Shown: positions 46,139 to 55,719 of the stretch, in pieces | Position numbering within the stretch: position 1 is the first letter of the stretch | Layout of the letters: the number at the start of each line of letters is the position of its first letter | DNA from: Leptonemataceae bacterium | Lineage (GTDB): Bacteria; Spirochaetota; Leptospiria; Leptospirales; Leptonemataceae | Direction: 5' to 3' | NCBI GenBank assembly: GCA_965227295.1 | Contig: OZ245742.1 | Coordinates: 4,896,001-4,960,000 of the forward strand | Length of the DNA stretch: 64,000 nt | Notes under the pieces: generated by a model | Told to the model about the DNA's origin: nothing | The model's input: the letters and a program-made list of their open reading frames with translations, nothing else | Databases searched by the model: none | Made by a program: the position numbers and the translations under genes

Positions 46139-46449
46139 TTACGGCGAAGACGCCGTTCCGGTGCGCCTTACCACATTCCCCGGCATGACCTCCGTTCATC
46201 TGCTGGAACCAGCCGTACCCAAAAAAGTCTTAATGCAGACTGACCGCCACTTACACCACGATTCGGGGCGTGCTCGAACGAATCAAACCCTCCGGTAGTC
46301 CAGGAGCTGCGGTTCGCGGCGGTGGCCGCGAGACACATAAGGTAAGTTGCGCAATGGTGAAGGGATTGATTTGGCTACGGCGAAGCGGGAGTTGTGGTAT
46401 GTCGTTTTGTTAAGAATGCTGCGTTCGACCCGGACGTCGGTTTGCGACT
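46139..46449 (+). ncRNA. Candidate structured RNA / repeat, copy 2
   Basis: Shares GAAGACGCCGTTCCGGT, GTACCCAAAAAAGTCTTAAT, ACTTACACCACGATTCGGGGC, AGCGGGAGTTGTGGT and TCGACCCGGACGTCGGTTTG with copy 1. Confidence 0.55.
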
Positions 46450-46506
46450 TTGCTAGCGCCCATTAATTTACTGGCACTCCCGCTTCGAGTCGCGCAGGCT
46501 GCCCCG

Positions 46507-47940
46507 GTGAAATCTCTGGCGAACAACGACGCCGAACGCCTGCTTCAGGAGCGACGCTGCTTTGCCCTGCATACCACGCACTTCGTAAATCAGTTCCGCA
46601 AGTATCGCCTCTACTATCGCGCCGGGGAACGCAGGGCCCTGTGCGCGGCGCCGGCCGTACTCGTCGTGCGACCGGAGTTCGCCGGCGGGTTCCAGTCGCG
46701 GTCCTGTATCGCCGGCGAGGAACCGTTCGGCCTACTGGATTCGGAAATCGCCGTAAAAATACAAATCGAAACGGAAAGCGCCGTCGTCCCCGCCGCGAAT
46801 CTGAACGAGTTGCTGCTGCGCGGCGAAGAGCTGGTCTTTTATAATGATCGCGAAGGCTGCTTCGACGCCGCGGACTTCGCCGCAGTCGAAACGACGCACG
46901 GCGTTTCGGCGCAGGCGATCTTCGACAAACTCGTCGAGAAACTCTATCTCTATCGCAACGGGGTACTCAACAGCAAAAAGCTCACCGAGATTCAAAAGAA
47001 CGGCCTGCAATGGATCGAGCCCGAGTTTTACGGTGAGGCCGGCCAGGCCGCGGCCCAAAGGATCACTGAGATACTGTTAAGCGGGGTGCGCCCCGAGAAC
47101 CCCGTAAACCGTTTGTATCCGCGGTCGGCGGGATTGTTCAACTTCGACAAAGGCGGAGTCAACTACACGCCGAACCTCGGTCGCGGGGAGCACAACGTCT
47201 TCTTTGAGTACTTCATCGGCAATCGCTACGGACGTTTCATGCCCTACTCGTTCCTCGAAGTTACCGGAGACGCACGGCTCTCCATGGAACTCTATCGCGA
47301 ATTGAGCGAGGGCGGTGAGATCCTGGATGCCAACGGACGACTGCATTCTACGACGGGCCTCAAAGGCGTGCAGCACTTCGACGCCATTGAACAGCATCCG
47401 GAGCTGGATGCCGAAGCAAAGGCTCGCCTCACCGCCGACGTGAAGAACCTGCTGTCCGGGGCGCGGCTCCTGGGTGTCGAAGATGCACGTAAGGAACTCG
47501 GCTACGATCGCCGACGCATTGAAGAAGACCTGGAGCATCTGCCGGCGGACTTCCGGCCCCGCACCTACGAAGAGGTGGAGGCCTTTCTGAATCAACGGCC
47601 CGGCGATGCCAACGGCGCCGCGGAGTTCGAGCAGTTTCTCGCCTACTACCAGGAATCCCACATGCACCACGAAATCGGCAGCGAGGCCGTCAAGAATCGC
47701 GGCATCGTCCTCTGCGAGGCGGAGCCGGCCGGCGACGTGTTGCTCTTGATTACGGACATCCCGTACGTCTCCGCCCCGTACTATCGTCTGCTGCTGGATT
47801 TTTTTCGCCGGCGTTTTCCCGGCGCGAACGTGCGCCTGGCCTTCGCCTACGTCGAACCCACGCCGCGCAACGTCACTCGCTACGCCCATCCCATCGTGCA
47901 CGCCCTGCAAATGATGGCGAAGCTCCGGGCCCAGCAGTGA
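46507..47940 (+). CDS. Hypothetical protein (~477 aa), no recognised family
   Basis: Long ORF with genome-typical codon usage; start uncertain (GTG 46507 or TTG 46450). Confidence 0.75.
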   Translation: MKSLANNDAERLLQERRCFALHTTHFVNQFRKYRLYYRAGERRALCAAPAVLVVRPEFAGGFQSRSCIAGEEPFGLLDSEIAVKIQIETESAVVPAANLNELLLRGEELVFYNDREGCFDAADFAAVETTHGVSAQAIFDKLVEKLYLYRNGVLNSKKLTEIQKNGLQWIEPEFYGEAGQAAAQRITEILLSGVRPENPVNRLYPRSAGLFNFDKGGVNYTPNLGRGEHNVFFEYFIGNRYGRFMPYSFLEVTGDARLSMELYRELSEGGEILDANGRLHSTTGLKGVQHFDAIEQHPELDAEAKARLTADVKNLLSGARLLGVEDARKELGYDRRRIEEDLEHLPADFRPRTYEEVEAFLNQRPGDANGAAEFEQFLAYYQESHMHHEIGSEAVKNRGIVLCEAEPAGDVLLLITDIPYVSAPYYRLLLDFFRRRFPGANVRLAFAYVEPTPRNVTRYAHPIVHALQMMAKLRAQQ

Positions 47941-48820
47941 ACGCGGTGTAACGTTCCACCACTTCCTCCGGCGGCACGCTCCCGTCGTCCAGGCGGTACA
48001 TATGGCGCAGCACCGTACCGGTAGAAGCGTTATCGCAGTTCGGCGCCGTTCTTAAGTTACGCAGATCGTCATCTAAGACCGTGCGCAGTTCCAGGGTCCA
48101 GCGAGTGCGATCGCTCGTGTTGATCAACGTGCCGTGCAGTTGGGCCGCGGCGAAGATCAGCACCTCCCCGGCATCCAGCTCCGGAACTACGGCGGTGCTC
48201 GCGGCCGGCACCGCCAGGGCCCGCGGGAAGTGCTGCCCCGCGGGACGACCGGACTGAAAGCCGCCGCCGGCCATCCATTCATCGTAACGAAACCGCGCCG
48301 AATCGTTGGCGATGGGCTGATCGAAGTACGTCGGGTACAGCGCAAAGCTGCGCTCCCGGGTCACCGGGTACAACGGGATCCACCAGTTCCACTGGCAGCC
48401 CGGATTCGCATACCAGGTATCGCGGTGAATGTAACGCGTGGCCGCTGTTTCCGGACGATCGCCGGGCATGGTCATACGCAACCGTACCGCATCGAGATAG
48501 GCACCGTCCCGCGGCAGTCCGAACGCGGTAAGAACCGCGACGGCCCGTTCGCGGAACTCCGAACTCTCGCGGATGCGTCGGCGCAACGACTGCACCTCGG
48601 TGAACGGCAGCGCGGGATCGTGCAAGGTTTCGCTACTACGCGCGGGGTACTCGTTTTCCAGGAAACGTCGCGCGGCGGCGGCAAGCTCCATCGCGGCGGT
48701 CAGGCCGGTCACGTGAAAGATTGTCCCCCCATGCAACAAATCACTCCCCGCGCGACCGCTCCGGGTCACAGCCCGGGCCGCCCCGGCTTCGATGGAAACT
48801 ATGTTTCGTTTAGAATCCAT
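47873..48820 (-). CDS. 2OG-Fe(II)/phytanoyl-CoA dioxygenase-like protein
   Basis: HRDTWY (HxD), WWIP, GEVLIF..QLHGT, RWTLELR. Confidence 0.7.
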   Translation of the reverse strand: MDSKRNIVSIEAGAARAVTRSGRAGSDLLHGGTIFHVTGLTAAMELAAAARRFLENEYPARSSETLHDPALPFTEVQSLRRRIRESSEFRERAVAVLTAFGLPRDGAYLDAVRLRMTMPGDRPETAATRYIHRDTWYANPGCQWNWWIPLYPVTRERSFALYPTYFDQPIANDSARFRYDEWMAGGGFQSGRPAGQHFPRALAVPAASTAVVPELDAGEVLIFAAAQLHGTLINTSDRTRWTLELRTVLDDDLRNLRTAPNCDNASTGTVLRHMYRLDDGSVPPEEVVERYTAFTAGPGASPSFAGRARWDGRSE

Positions 48821-48948
48821 ATATTGACAAAAACGTTACGCAAAAACGGCAAAACAAGGGAATCAATCGATTCTTGATAGCTCAAAGATTAAATCAATTG
48901 ACTTCTTGATCCTGCCGATGTAAAAACAGCTATCATCGTACCTTTTCG

Positions 48949-49584
48949 ATGCAACAACTCATGCTGATGCCCGGACAAATGGATCAACTGCGCTCCGAAG
49001 TTGCGCTTATGGCCCGTAAGGCCGAAGCGATCTTTGATCGCTCGGTGCTGTGTATCCAGTCCTACAACGAGAAGGATCTCGACGAGGTCCGGCGCATGGA
49101 CGCGGAACTGGACGAGCTGGAACTCGCTCTGGATCAGCGCTGCATGGAACTGTTGCTCTTAAAAGAGCCCTACGCCTTCGACTTTCGCTACGTATTCAGC
49201 GCGGTAAAAATCACCCGCGAGCTGGAGCGCGTCGGCGATCAGTCCAAGACCATCGCCAAATGGGCCCGCCGTCTGCGCGGAACGCCTTCGAAGGATCTTA
49301 TGGACCTGGCGCGTCGCGCGCAGGACGCTCTGGCCAGCGCGGTTCAGGCCCTCATCAACACCGACGCCGCCGCGGCCGAGCGCGTATTACAGATCGAGCA
49401 CGAAATCGACGCCATCGAAGATCGCATCATCGAGGGCGGCTCTCCGCAACTCCCGGACGCCTTCCTGGCAAAAGCCCTGGAACGCGTCGGCGACCTGGCC
49501 ACCAACATCGCCGAAAGCGTCATCTTCACGGTGAACGCACGCGACATCCGCCACGGGCACTTCGAGAGTCCGATTACCGTCTGA
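48949..49584 (+). CDS. phoU: PhoU (copy 2)
   Basis: KEPYAFDFR..ELERVGDQSKTIAKW..LERVGDLATNIAE; clear paralog of 20057..20674. Confidence 0.9.
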   Translation: MQQLMLMPGQMDQLRSEVALMARKAEAIFDRSVLCIQSYNEKDLDEVRRMDAELDELELALDQRCMELLLLKEPYAFDFRYVFSAVKITRELERVGDQSKTIAKWARRLRGTPSKDLMDLARRAQDALASAVQALINTDAAAAERVLQIEHEIDAIEDRIIEGGSPQLPDAFLAKALERVGDLATNIAESVIFTVNARDIRHGHFESPITV

Positions 49585-49605
49585 GTCAGGGACGCTCGTA
49601 CCGCG

Positions 49606-50406
49606 CTAACCGAAACGCCCGGTAATGTAGTCTTCCGTGAGCTTCTCCGACGGCGACGTGAAAATCTTAAACGTCTTGTCGTACTCAATGAGACTGCCCT
49701 GGTAAAACAACGCCGTATGATCGCCGATGCGGGCGGCCTGCTGCATGTTGTGCGTCACGATGATGATCGTATAGTTCTGCTTCAGCTCCTGGATCAGCTC
49801 CTCGATCTTGCGCGTGGAAATGGGATCCAGCGACGCCGTGGGTTCGTCCATGAGCAGGACCTCCGGCAACATGGCAATCGCGCGCGCAATGCACAGCCGC
49901 TGCTGCTGGCCGCCCGAAAGACTGTAGGCCGATTCGTCGAGCTTGTCCTTGACCTCGTCCCACAGATACGAACGCTCCAGAGAATTGCGCACGAGTTCGT
50001 CGACGTCGCCGGTGTAACCGTTGATGCGCGGGCCGAGGGCGATGTTTTCATAGATCGTCTTCGGAAAAGGATTCGGCTGCTGGAAGACCATGCCCACCCG
50101 CAAACGAATCTCCACCGGATCCACGGTGCGAGCGTAGATGTCTTCGCCGTCCAACAGGACCTCGCCCTCGGTGCGCGCCTCCGGAATGAAATCGTTCATG
50201 CGATTCAAAGAACGAAGAAACGTGGACTTGCCGCAGCCCGAAGGCCCGATCAGCGCGGTGATGTTGCGCCGATAGATTTCCATGTCCAGGTTCTGAATGG
50301 CGTGAAACTCGCCGTAGTAGATGTTCAGATTCCGCGCGGCGAAGGTCAGTTCGCCGAAACTGCCCTCGGACTTCGAAGCCTGGACCTGTATGTTCGCGTC
50401 GTTCAT
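49606..50406 (-). CDS. pstB: Phosphate ABC transporter ATPase (copy 2)
   Basis: [28 protein letters not shown]. Confidence 0.95.
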   Translation of the reverse strand: MNDANIQVQASKSEGSFGELTFAARNLNIYYGEFHAIQNLDMEIYRRNITALIGPSGCGKSTFLRSLNRMNDFIPEARTEGEVLLDGEDIYARTVDPVEIRLRVGMVFQQPNPFPKTIYENIALGPRINGYTGDVDELVRNSLERSYLWDEVKDKLDESAYSLSGGQQQRLCIARAIAMLPEVLLMDEPTASLDPISTRKIEELIQELKQNYTIIIVTHNMQQAARIGDHTALFYQGSLIEYDKTFKIFTSPSEKLTEDYITGRFG

Positions 50407-50437
50407 TACGTATTCCTTAGTATCTGCTCGCTATTGA

Positions 50438-51343
50438 TTAAGCGTTTAAGTATTTCAGTTTCCGCCGGTAGCGCACGCGCAGAGCGATGGCGGTGGCGTT
50501 CAGCATCAGGAGCATGATCAACAGCGCCATGATGCCCGTGGCCGCGGTCTCGTAGTATTCCTGCTGCGGCCGGGAGGTCCATTCGTAGATCTGGATCGGC
50601 AGCACCGTGAAGTAGTCCAGCAACGACGACGGGGCCATGGTGATGTACGCCGCGGCGCCGACCACGATCAACGGCGCCGTCTCGCCGATGGCCCGGGAGA
50701 CCGCCAGAATCACGCCGGTCATCATACCCGGTAATGCCACGGGCAGAATCATGTGGCGGACCACCTGCCAGCGCGTCATGCCGATGCCGAAGCCGGCCAG
50801 GCGAAACGAGTCCGGCACGGCCTGCAACGCTTCCTGGGCCGCGATGGTAATGATCGGTAAGATCAACAAAGACATGGTTAAGGCCGCCGCGAGCAGACTG
50901 TGCCCGAGGCCCAGGAAGTGCACGAAAAGCGTAAGCCCGAGTATGCCGTAGATGATGGACGGAACGCCGGCCAGGTTCTGAATGTTCAGTTTAATGAACC
51001 GGATCATCCGGGACTCGGCGGCGTATTCTTCGAGATAAATGGCGGCGCCGACGCCCATGGGGATGGCGATGATGCCGGTGAGCAACATCATGTAGACCGT
51101 GCCGACCAGGGGCTGCCAGATGCCCGTCTCCGACGTATGCCGGGACGTGTAGGAAAACAGAAAGTCCAGGGAAAACCGGCCGGCCCCGCCCGTGAAGACG
51201 TCGTAGAGTAGAATGAACAAAAAGACCAACGCCGTCACATTTGCCGCGAGGCAAAATATTTGAAACACCAGGCCGAAGAACTGAGCGCGCACCCGGTCCT
51301 GTTTCAGACCGGACTCACGGCGATTGTCGTCGATAACGTTCAT
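50438..51343 (-). CDS. pstA: Phosphate ABC transporter permease (copy 2)
   Basis: [20 protein letters not shown]; start at MNVIDD overlaps the pstC stop. Confidence 0.92.
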   Translation of the reverse strand: MNVIDDNRRESGLKQDRVRAQFFGLVFQIFCLAANVTALVFLFILLYDVFTGGAGRFSLDFLFSYTSRHTSETGIWQPLVGTVYMMLLTGIIAIPMGVGAAIYLEEYAAESRMIRFIKLNIQNLAGVPSIIYGILGLTLFVHFLGLGHSLLAAALTMSLLILPIITIAAQEALQAVPDSFRLAGFGIGMTRWQVVRHMILPVALPGMMTGVILAVSRAIGETAPLIVVGAAAYITMAPSSLLDYFTVLPIQIYEWTSRPQQEYYETAATGIMALLIMLLMLNATAIALRVRYRRKLKYLNA

Positions 51344-52308
51344 TGATAGACCTCCCGGTACCGGCGTACGATGCGCGCGGCCAGGTAATTGAACGCAAAC
51401 GTAAAGCAAAATAACATTAGTCCCACCGCGTAAACGGAGTAGTAGCGCAACGTTCCCACCGGAGTTTCGCCCTTCGTCACCTGGACAATGTAAGCGGTCA
51501 TGGTCTGGATGCTGTCGAGATAGTTCAGCGTGAGGTTCGGTTTCAGGCCGGCCGCGAGGGTCACCGCCATGGTTTCGCCCACGGCGCGCGCGAAGGCCAG
51601 GATGAAGGACGCCACGATGCCCGAGGTCGCCGCCGGAATGACGATACGTACCACCACGTGAAACTTACGCATGCCGAGGGCGTAGCCGGCGCTCTGGATG
51701 GCCGTGGGCACCGCCCGCAAGGCATCGGTGGAAAGCGACGAAATCATGGGCAGGATCATGACGCCGACGACGATGGACGCCGACAGGGCGTTGTAGCCCT
51801 TGATTGCAGGAAATATATTCTGTAAGAACGGTGTCACCACGGTGACGGCAAAAAAGCCGTAAACGACCGTCGGAATGCCGCCCAGCACTTCGAGGATCGG
51901 CGAAAAGATTTCACGCACGCGCGTGTCGGCGTATTGGGTCAGATAGATGGCCGAGCCCAACCCCAGGGGAATCGCGACGACGGCCGAACCCACCGCGATC
52001 ATCAACGTGCCTCCCAGAAGCGGCCATATGCCGAAGTGTTTGGGTTCGCCGAAGGGTTCCCACTTCGTGCCCAGGAGAAAATCCAGCACGCTGATCTCTT
52101 CGAACGCGAAGAACGACATTGCGTTCCATAACAGAATGCCGACGATCGAGAACGTTACGAACATCGTCATGTACGCCAGGGAACGCAGCACGGTGCGCAC
52201 GAAGCGCTCGGCGAAAGAAAATGACGGGCGTTTACCGAAACGCGCGAATACCGCGGCCCGCTTCTCGGGGTCCATGCCTGCTTCGAATTGTTTTAGTATA
52301 TCACTCAT
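51340..52308 (-). CDS. pstC: Phosphate ABC transporter permease (copy 2)
   Basis: GTKWEPFGEP, GIPTVVYG, RAVGETM. Confidence 0.93.
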   Translation of the reverse strand: MSDILKQFEAGMDPEKRAAVFARFGKRPSFSFAERFVRTVLRSLAYMTMFVTFSIVGILLWNAMSFFAFEEISVLDFLLGTKWEPFGEPKHFGIWPLLGGTLMIAVGSAVVAIPLGLGSAIYLTQYADTRVREIFSPILEVLGGIPTVVYGFFAVTVVTPFLQNIFPAIKGYNALSASIVVGVMILPMISSLSTDALRAVPTAIQSAGYALGMRKFHVVVRIVIPAATSGIVASFILAFARAVGETMAVTLAAGLKPNLTLNYLDSIQTMTAYIVQVTKGETPVGTLRYYSVYAVGLMLFCFTFAFNYLAARIVRRYREVYQ

Positions 52309-52332
52309 GAAAACGATCCACTCCGACAGCGC

Positions 52333-53328
52333 TCAGAAGGACGCCCTGTGTACGCCGGCGCTTTGCCGGGCGACCGCCGCTTTGACTTTCGACCGCGCTT
52401 CGGCGTACATCTCTTCCGGCAGCGCAATGTAGCCGACCTCCCGGCTGAGCTGCGCGGCATTGTTTAAGTAGAAGTCGAGAAACTGCCGGACCTCCGGCGT
52501 CTGCAAAGACGCAATGTTCACGTAGAGGTACATATCCCGGGACAGCGGCGCATAGTTTCCGGTACGCACCTCATTGGATTCCGGCAGCACGGCCTCGCCG
52601 GTATTCGGATTCACCACGGGTAGCGCGCGCAGCTTATCCTTGTTTTCTTCGAAGTACGCCACGCCGAAGAAACCGATGGCATAGTTGTCCCGGGAGATGC
52701 CGTAGATGAGAGCGTTATCGTCCTCGTTGAAGGCGGCGTCCTGGCGAATGCGTTTCTTTTTTCCGAGGATCGCTTCGACGAAGTAGTCGTGGGTACCGGA
52801 GTCCGCGCCCGGGGCGTAGATCTCGATCTTCGCGGCGGGCCATTCCGGGTTCACATCCTGCCAGGTGCGTACTGACGTGTCGCTCGCGTAGATCGCGTTC
52901 AGCTGATCCACGGTGACCTGCTTAACGAAGGTGTTCGACGGATGCACGACCACGGCCAGGCCGTCGTAGGCGATCGTCAGTTCCATGAACTCCACGCCGT
53001 TCCCGGCGCACTTCTCGATCTCCACTTTCTTCACGGAGCGGGAGGCGTTGGAAATATCCGTCTCGTGATTGCAGAATTTCTTAAAGCCGCCGCCGGTGCC
53101 GGAGAAACCCACGGCCACATTCACCGCGTCGTTCTCGTGGCGGAACTCCTCGGCCACCGCGGCGGTGATCGGAAACACGGTGCTCGAACCGTCAATGCGA
53201 ATGAGGGTACGACGCGAACAGCCGGCCACGCCGAAGGCGATCAGACAGACGAGAATCAGGGTGCGCGAGAACGCGGAACGGATTTGGGGACGATTCTGTA
53301 GCGGCACGCGAGAAGTTGTGCGATTCAT
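52333..53328 (-). CDS. pstS: Phosphate-binding lipoprotein (copy 2)
   Basis: Lipobox [37 protein letters not shown]. Confidence 0.92.
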   Translation of the reverse strand: MNRTTSRVPLQNRPQIRSAFSRTLILVCLIAFGVAGCSRRTLIRIDGSSTVFPITAAVAEEFRHENDAVNVAVGFSGTGGGFKKFCNHETDISNASRSVKKVEIEKCAGNGVEFMELTIAYDGLAVVVHPSNTFVKQVTVDQLNAIYASDTSVRTWQDVNPEWPAAKIEIYAPGADSGTHDYFVEAILGKKKRIRQDAAFNEDDNALIYGISRDNYAIGFFGVAYFEENKDKLRALPVVNPNTGEAVLPESNEVRTGNYAPLSRDMYLYVNIASLQTPEVRQFLDFYLNNAAQLSREVGYIALPEEMYAEARSKVKAAVARQSAGVHRASF

Positions 53329-53480
53329 GGAAGGTGACGGTAATAATCAGCAATCATGCTTTAAGATTATGCACATAAAGCCGACCACCGGTTACAAATA
53401 CATGACGCAGGATTGACAGCCATACGTAAATCCAGGGGCGCAAGTATGCACCTGGACGGCCGCCGCCGTGTAAAAAAATT

Positions 53481-53550
53481 TGACAGGGATCGGTCCAAAT
53501 CCGATGGTTGTGCAACGCACCAAAAACCGGACATAAGTCCGTGCGGTGCA
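53481..53550 (+). promoter_or_regulatory. Conserved promoter/operator: (T)TGACAnGGAT plus two TGC-N3-GCA palindromes
   Basis: TGACAGGGAT at 53481 (part of TTGACA), TGCAACGCACCAAAA at 53511, TGCGGTGCA at 53542; mirrors 22551-22609. Confidence 0.55.
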
Positions 53551-53580
53551 CATGCCGGGAGACACGACAGGGGGAGTTAG

Positions 53581-53850
53581 ATGTCGCGACGCAATCAAGC
53601 AGGGGAACTCGAAACCGCCGTTCAGGAGGCGCTGCACCTGGGGCACAAGCAGCAGAATCAGCGCGGCCGCAAGCAGGCGCCGGAGTTGCGCAAACTATTG
53701 CACCAGGTCTCCGAGATCATGGACGACATCGGCGAGTCCCTGCGCGAAAATCACGAGCGGGCCCGGGACTCTCAGTCGGAAACCGAGCAGGCCCTCCACA
53801 GCGGCTTCCAGCACATCGGCTACATGCGCAATCCTCCGGCGCGGAAGTGA
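53581..53850 (+). CDS. Small helical hypothetical protein (89 aa), probable paralog of 22643..22867
   Basis: RBS GGGGAG; core KLLHQVSEIMDDIGESLRENHERARDS aligns with 22643..22867. Confidence 0.7.
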   Translation: MSRRNQAGELETAVQEALHLGHKQQNQRGRKQAPELRKLLHQVSEIMDDIGESLRENHERARDSQSETEQALHSGFQHIGYMRNPPARK

Positions 53851-53857
53851 AGGCGCC

Positions 53858-54676
53858 GTGAAACTTCCGGCCGGCCGTCTCGCCGTTGTTACCGGCGCGG
53901 CGTCGGGTATCGGCCGGGCCTGCGCACTGCACCTGTTGCGCGATCATCACTGCCGTGTGGTCCTGGTGGACTCCGATTCCCGGCGTCTTTCTCAGGCAGC
54001 GGCGGAGTTACAACACATCGCTCCGGAAGCAGTCTTCCCGTTCAATTGTGACGTATCCCACGCCGATGAAGCGGACACCCTCGCGCAGGCCGTGCTCACC
54101 GAACACGGTGGCGCCCACATTCTCATCAACAACGCCGGTATCGCCTACGCCGGGCCGTTCGTCACGCAACCTCGCGAAAGCTTTGAAAAAATCCTCGCCG
54201 TGAATTTTTTCGGCGCCGTGAATTTCTGTCGTGCTTTCCTGCCGCAGTTGCACCGCGCCGAACGCGCACATCTCATCCAGGTATTGAGTGATTTCGCGCT
54301 GCTGGGCTTCCCCGGCAAGACCGCGTACTCGGCTTCGAAGTTCGCACTCCGCGGTTTTTCCGAGGCATTGCATACGGAACTGGCCGGCTCTAATATTCGC
54401 CTGACGATTGTTTATCCCGGCCCCGTGGCCACGAATCTAATCCGCTCCGGCGGGGCCGCCGATCCGACGAAACACAAGCTCGAAGCGGAGTTCATCGCCG
54501 GCAAGGGCATGTCCGCGGACTTTGTCGCGCGCCGCCTGATCCGTGCGGCGCTCGCGGGTCGCTTTCGTGTGCGTATCGGTAAAGAATCGTTCTTGATGGA
54601 CTGGGCCGCACGCTGCTGGCCCCGGGGGACGTACTATTTGTTGCGGAGATTCCAGTCGTGGATTCCGTTCTTGTGA
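53858..54676 (+). CDS. Short-chain dehydrogenase/reductase
   Basis: TGAASGIG, INNAG, YSASK; GTG start at 53858. Confidence 0.9.
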   Translation: MKLPAGRLAVVTGAASGIGRACALHLLRDHHCRVVLVDSDSRRLSQAAAELQHIAPEAVFPFNCDVSHADEADTLAQAVLTEHGGAHILINNAGIAYAGPFVTQPRESFEKILAVNFFGAVNFCRAFLPQLHRAERAHLIQVLSDFALLGFPGKTAYSASKFALRGFSEALHTELAGSNIRLTIVYPGPVATNLIRSGGAADPTKHKLEAEFIAGKGMSADFVARRLIRAALAGRFRVRIGKESFLMDWAARCWPRGTYYLLRRFQSWIPFL

Positions 54677-54691
54677 TCTAAAAGCGGTGAG

Positions 54692-55531
54692 TTACTTAAA
54701 CTTAAGCCCCGCGCGCGGACGGAAGAAGCGAATGCTGCCAGTAATCTTGCCTTTCGAAAAGTCCAGCTCGTCGAAGACCATGAAACGTTTGCCGTTCACG
54801 TTCTGATGAATGACCTCGAAATGCATGGGGCCGAGGACCTTCGTAACAATGGATGTGTGGTCCGGATTGCCGATGGCCATCTGCATGCGCACGCGGGAGC
54901 CGTCCTCAAGCGTCTCGTCGACCACGATCTTCACCGTGCGAAACTGAATGATGTCGCCGGGCTGCACGTCTTCTTTGTCGGGATTGATCTGCCGGCCGAA
55001 GTCCATCGTGCGTTTCCAGATGGCTCCGTTGACATCGAGGGCTTCCTGGGCGGCGTCCCAGCATTCGCCGCGGCCGATCTTTTTGCCCTCACGTTTCGTT
55101 AAGTAACTCACGATCTCGTCGCCCATGTTGAGGGCCGGGTCCCCCGCGCTGTAGCTCTCGGTGGCCTGCACGCGAAACTCGAGAATGCCGGTGTACTGGC
55201 GGGCCTCCGGCGAGGACGCCCCGAACATTTGAAAGAGATACTCGCCGGGCCCGTCACTGATTAAGAAGTCGGCGGCAAACTTTTTGTCTTTGCCGGGGCG
55301 CAGGTGCACGGCGGCCTCACGCTTCGGCGTCAGCACGCGCACCATAACCTCACCGTAACTGCTCTTGCCTTTGAGGGGCACGGTCTTCGACACCGTGGCC
55401 GGAGGCGCTTCTAATTGAAGCTTCTGCTCCTGCCCCGTGTAGTATGCCAGGTTGGCCGGCGCCGCCGCCGTCGCGCTGCCGCCCAGCAGCAGTATCAAAA
55501 TAAATGGAACGTATTTCCTGAATCGCATCAT
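54692..55531 (-). CDS. Secreted protein with C-terminal CHAP/NlpC-like cysteine-protease fold
   Basis: Signal peptide; GRGECWDAA..PGDIIQF..DHTSIV..HQN (Cys-His-Gln/Asn). Confidence 0.65.
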   Translation of the reverse strand: MMRFRKYVPFILILLLGGSATAAAPANLAYYTGQEQKLQLEAPPATVSKTVPLKGKSSYGEVMVRVLTPKREAAVHLRPGKDKKFAADFLISDGPGEYLFQMFGASSPEARQYTGILEFRVQATESYSAGDPALNMGDEIVSYLTKREGKKIGRGECWDAAQEALDVNGAIWKRTMDFGRQINPDKEDVQPGDIIQFRTVKIVVDETLEDGSRVRMQMAIGNPDHTSIVTKVLGPMHFEVIHQNVNGKRFMVFDELDFSKGKITGSIRFFRPRAGLKFK

Positions 55532-55719
55532 GGTCCTCTACCCGCCACCGGTTGGACGTGTGCCACGGAACAATGTTTTCCCGAAACCCATTTCAGTGCG
55601 TCACTCACAATCCTAACCATTTTTTCACACACCGGCCCCCGAAACTTTCCGCGATTCTTTGGGAACGCGCGAAATCCGTCGTCATATCCTTGGTTTAAAT
55701 GATGGTTCAGGAGGCGAAC

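Noticed and set aside
45921..46243. Short ORFs 45921..46199 (-) and 46028..46243 (+) within the repeat
   Set aside because: Not preserved between the two copies (indels shift the frame), no RBS, no protein-like features.
45809..46449. Tandem repeat as a CRISPR array, tmRNA, RNase P, T-box or cobalamin riboswitch
   Set aside because: Only two long units with no repeat-spacer pattern and no cas genes; no tRNA-like ends or CCA; no GAGGAAAGUCC core; TGGAACC occurs but near the 5' end inside a hairpin without T-box context; no B12-box.
16180..53328. pst duplicates as direct repeats bounding an integrated island
   Set aside because: Copies are substantially diverged and differently arranged; no integrase, transposase, tRNA or att site seen between them.
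53546..53857. 104-aa N-terminal extension of the SDR ORF
   Set aside because: Overlaps the better supported small ORF 53581..53850; SDR homology begins at GTG 53858.
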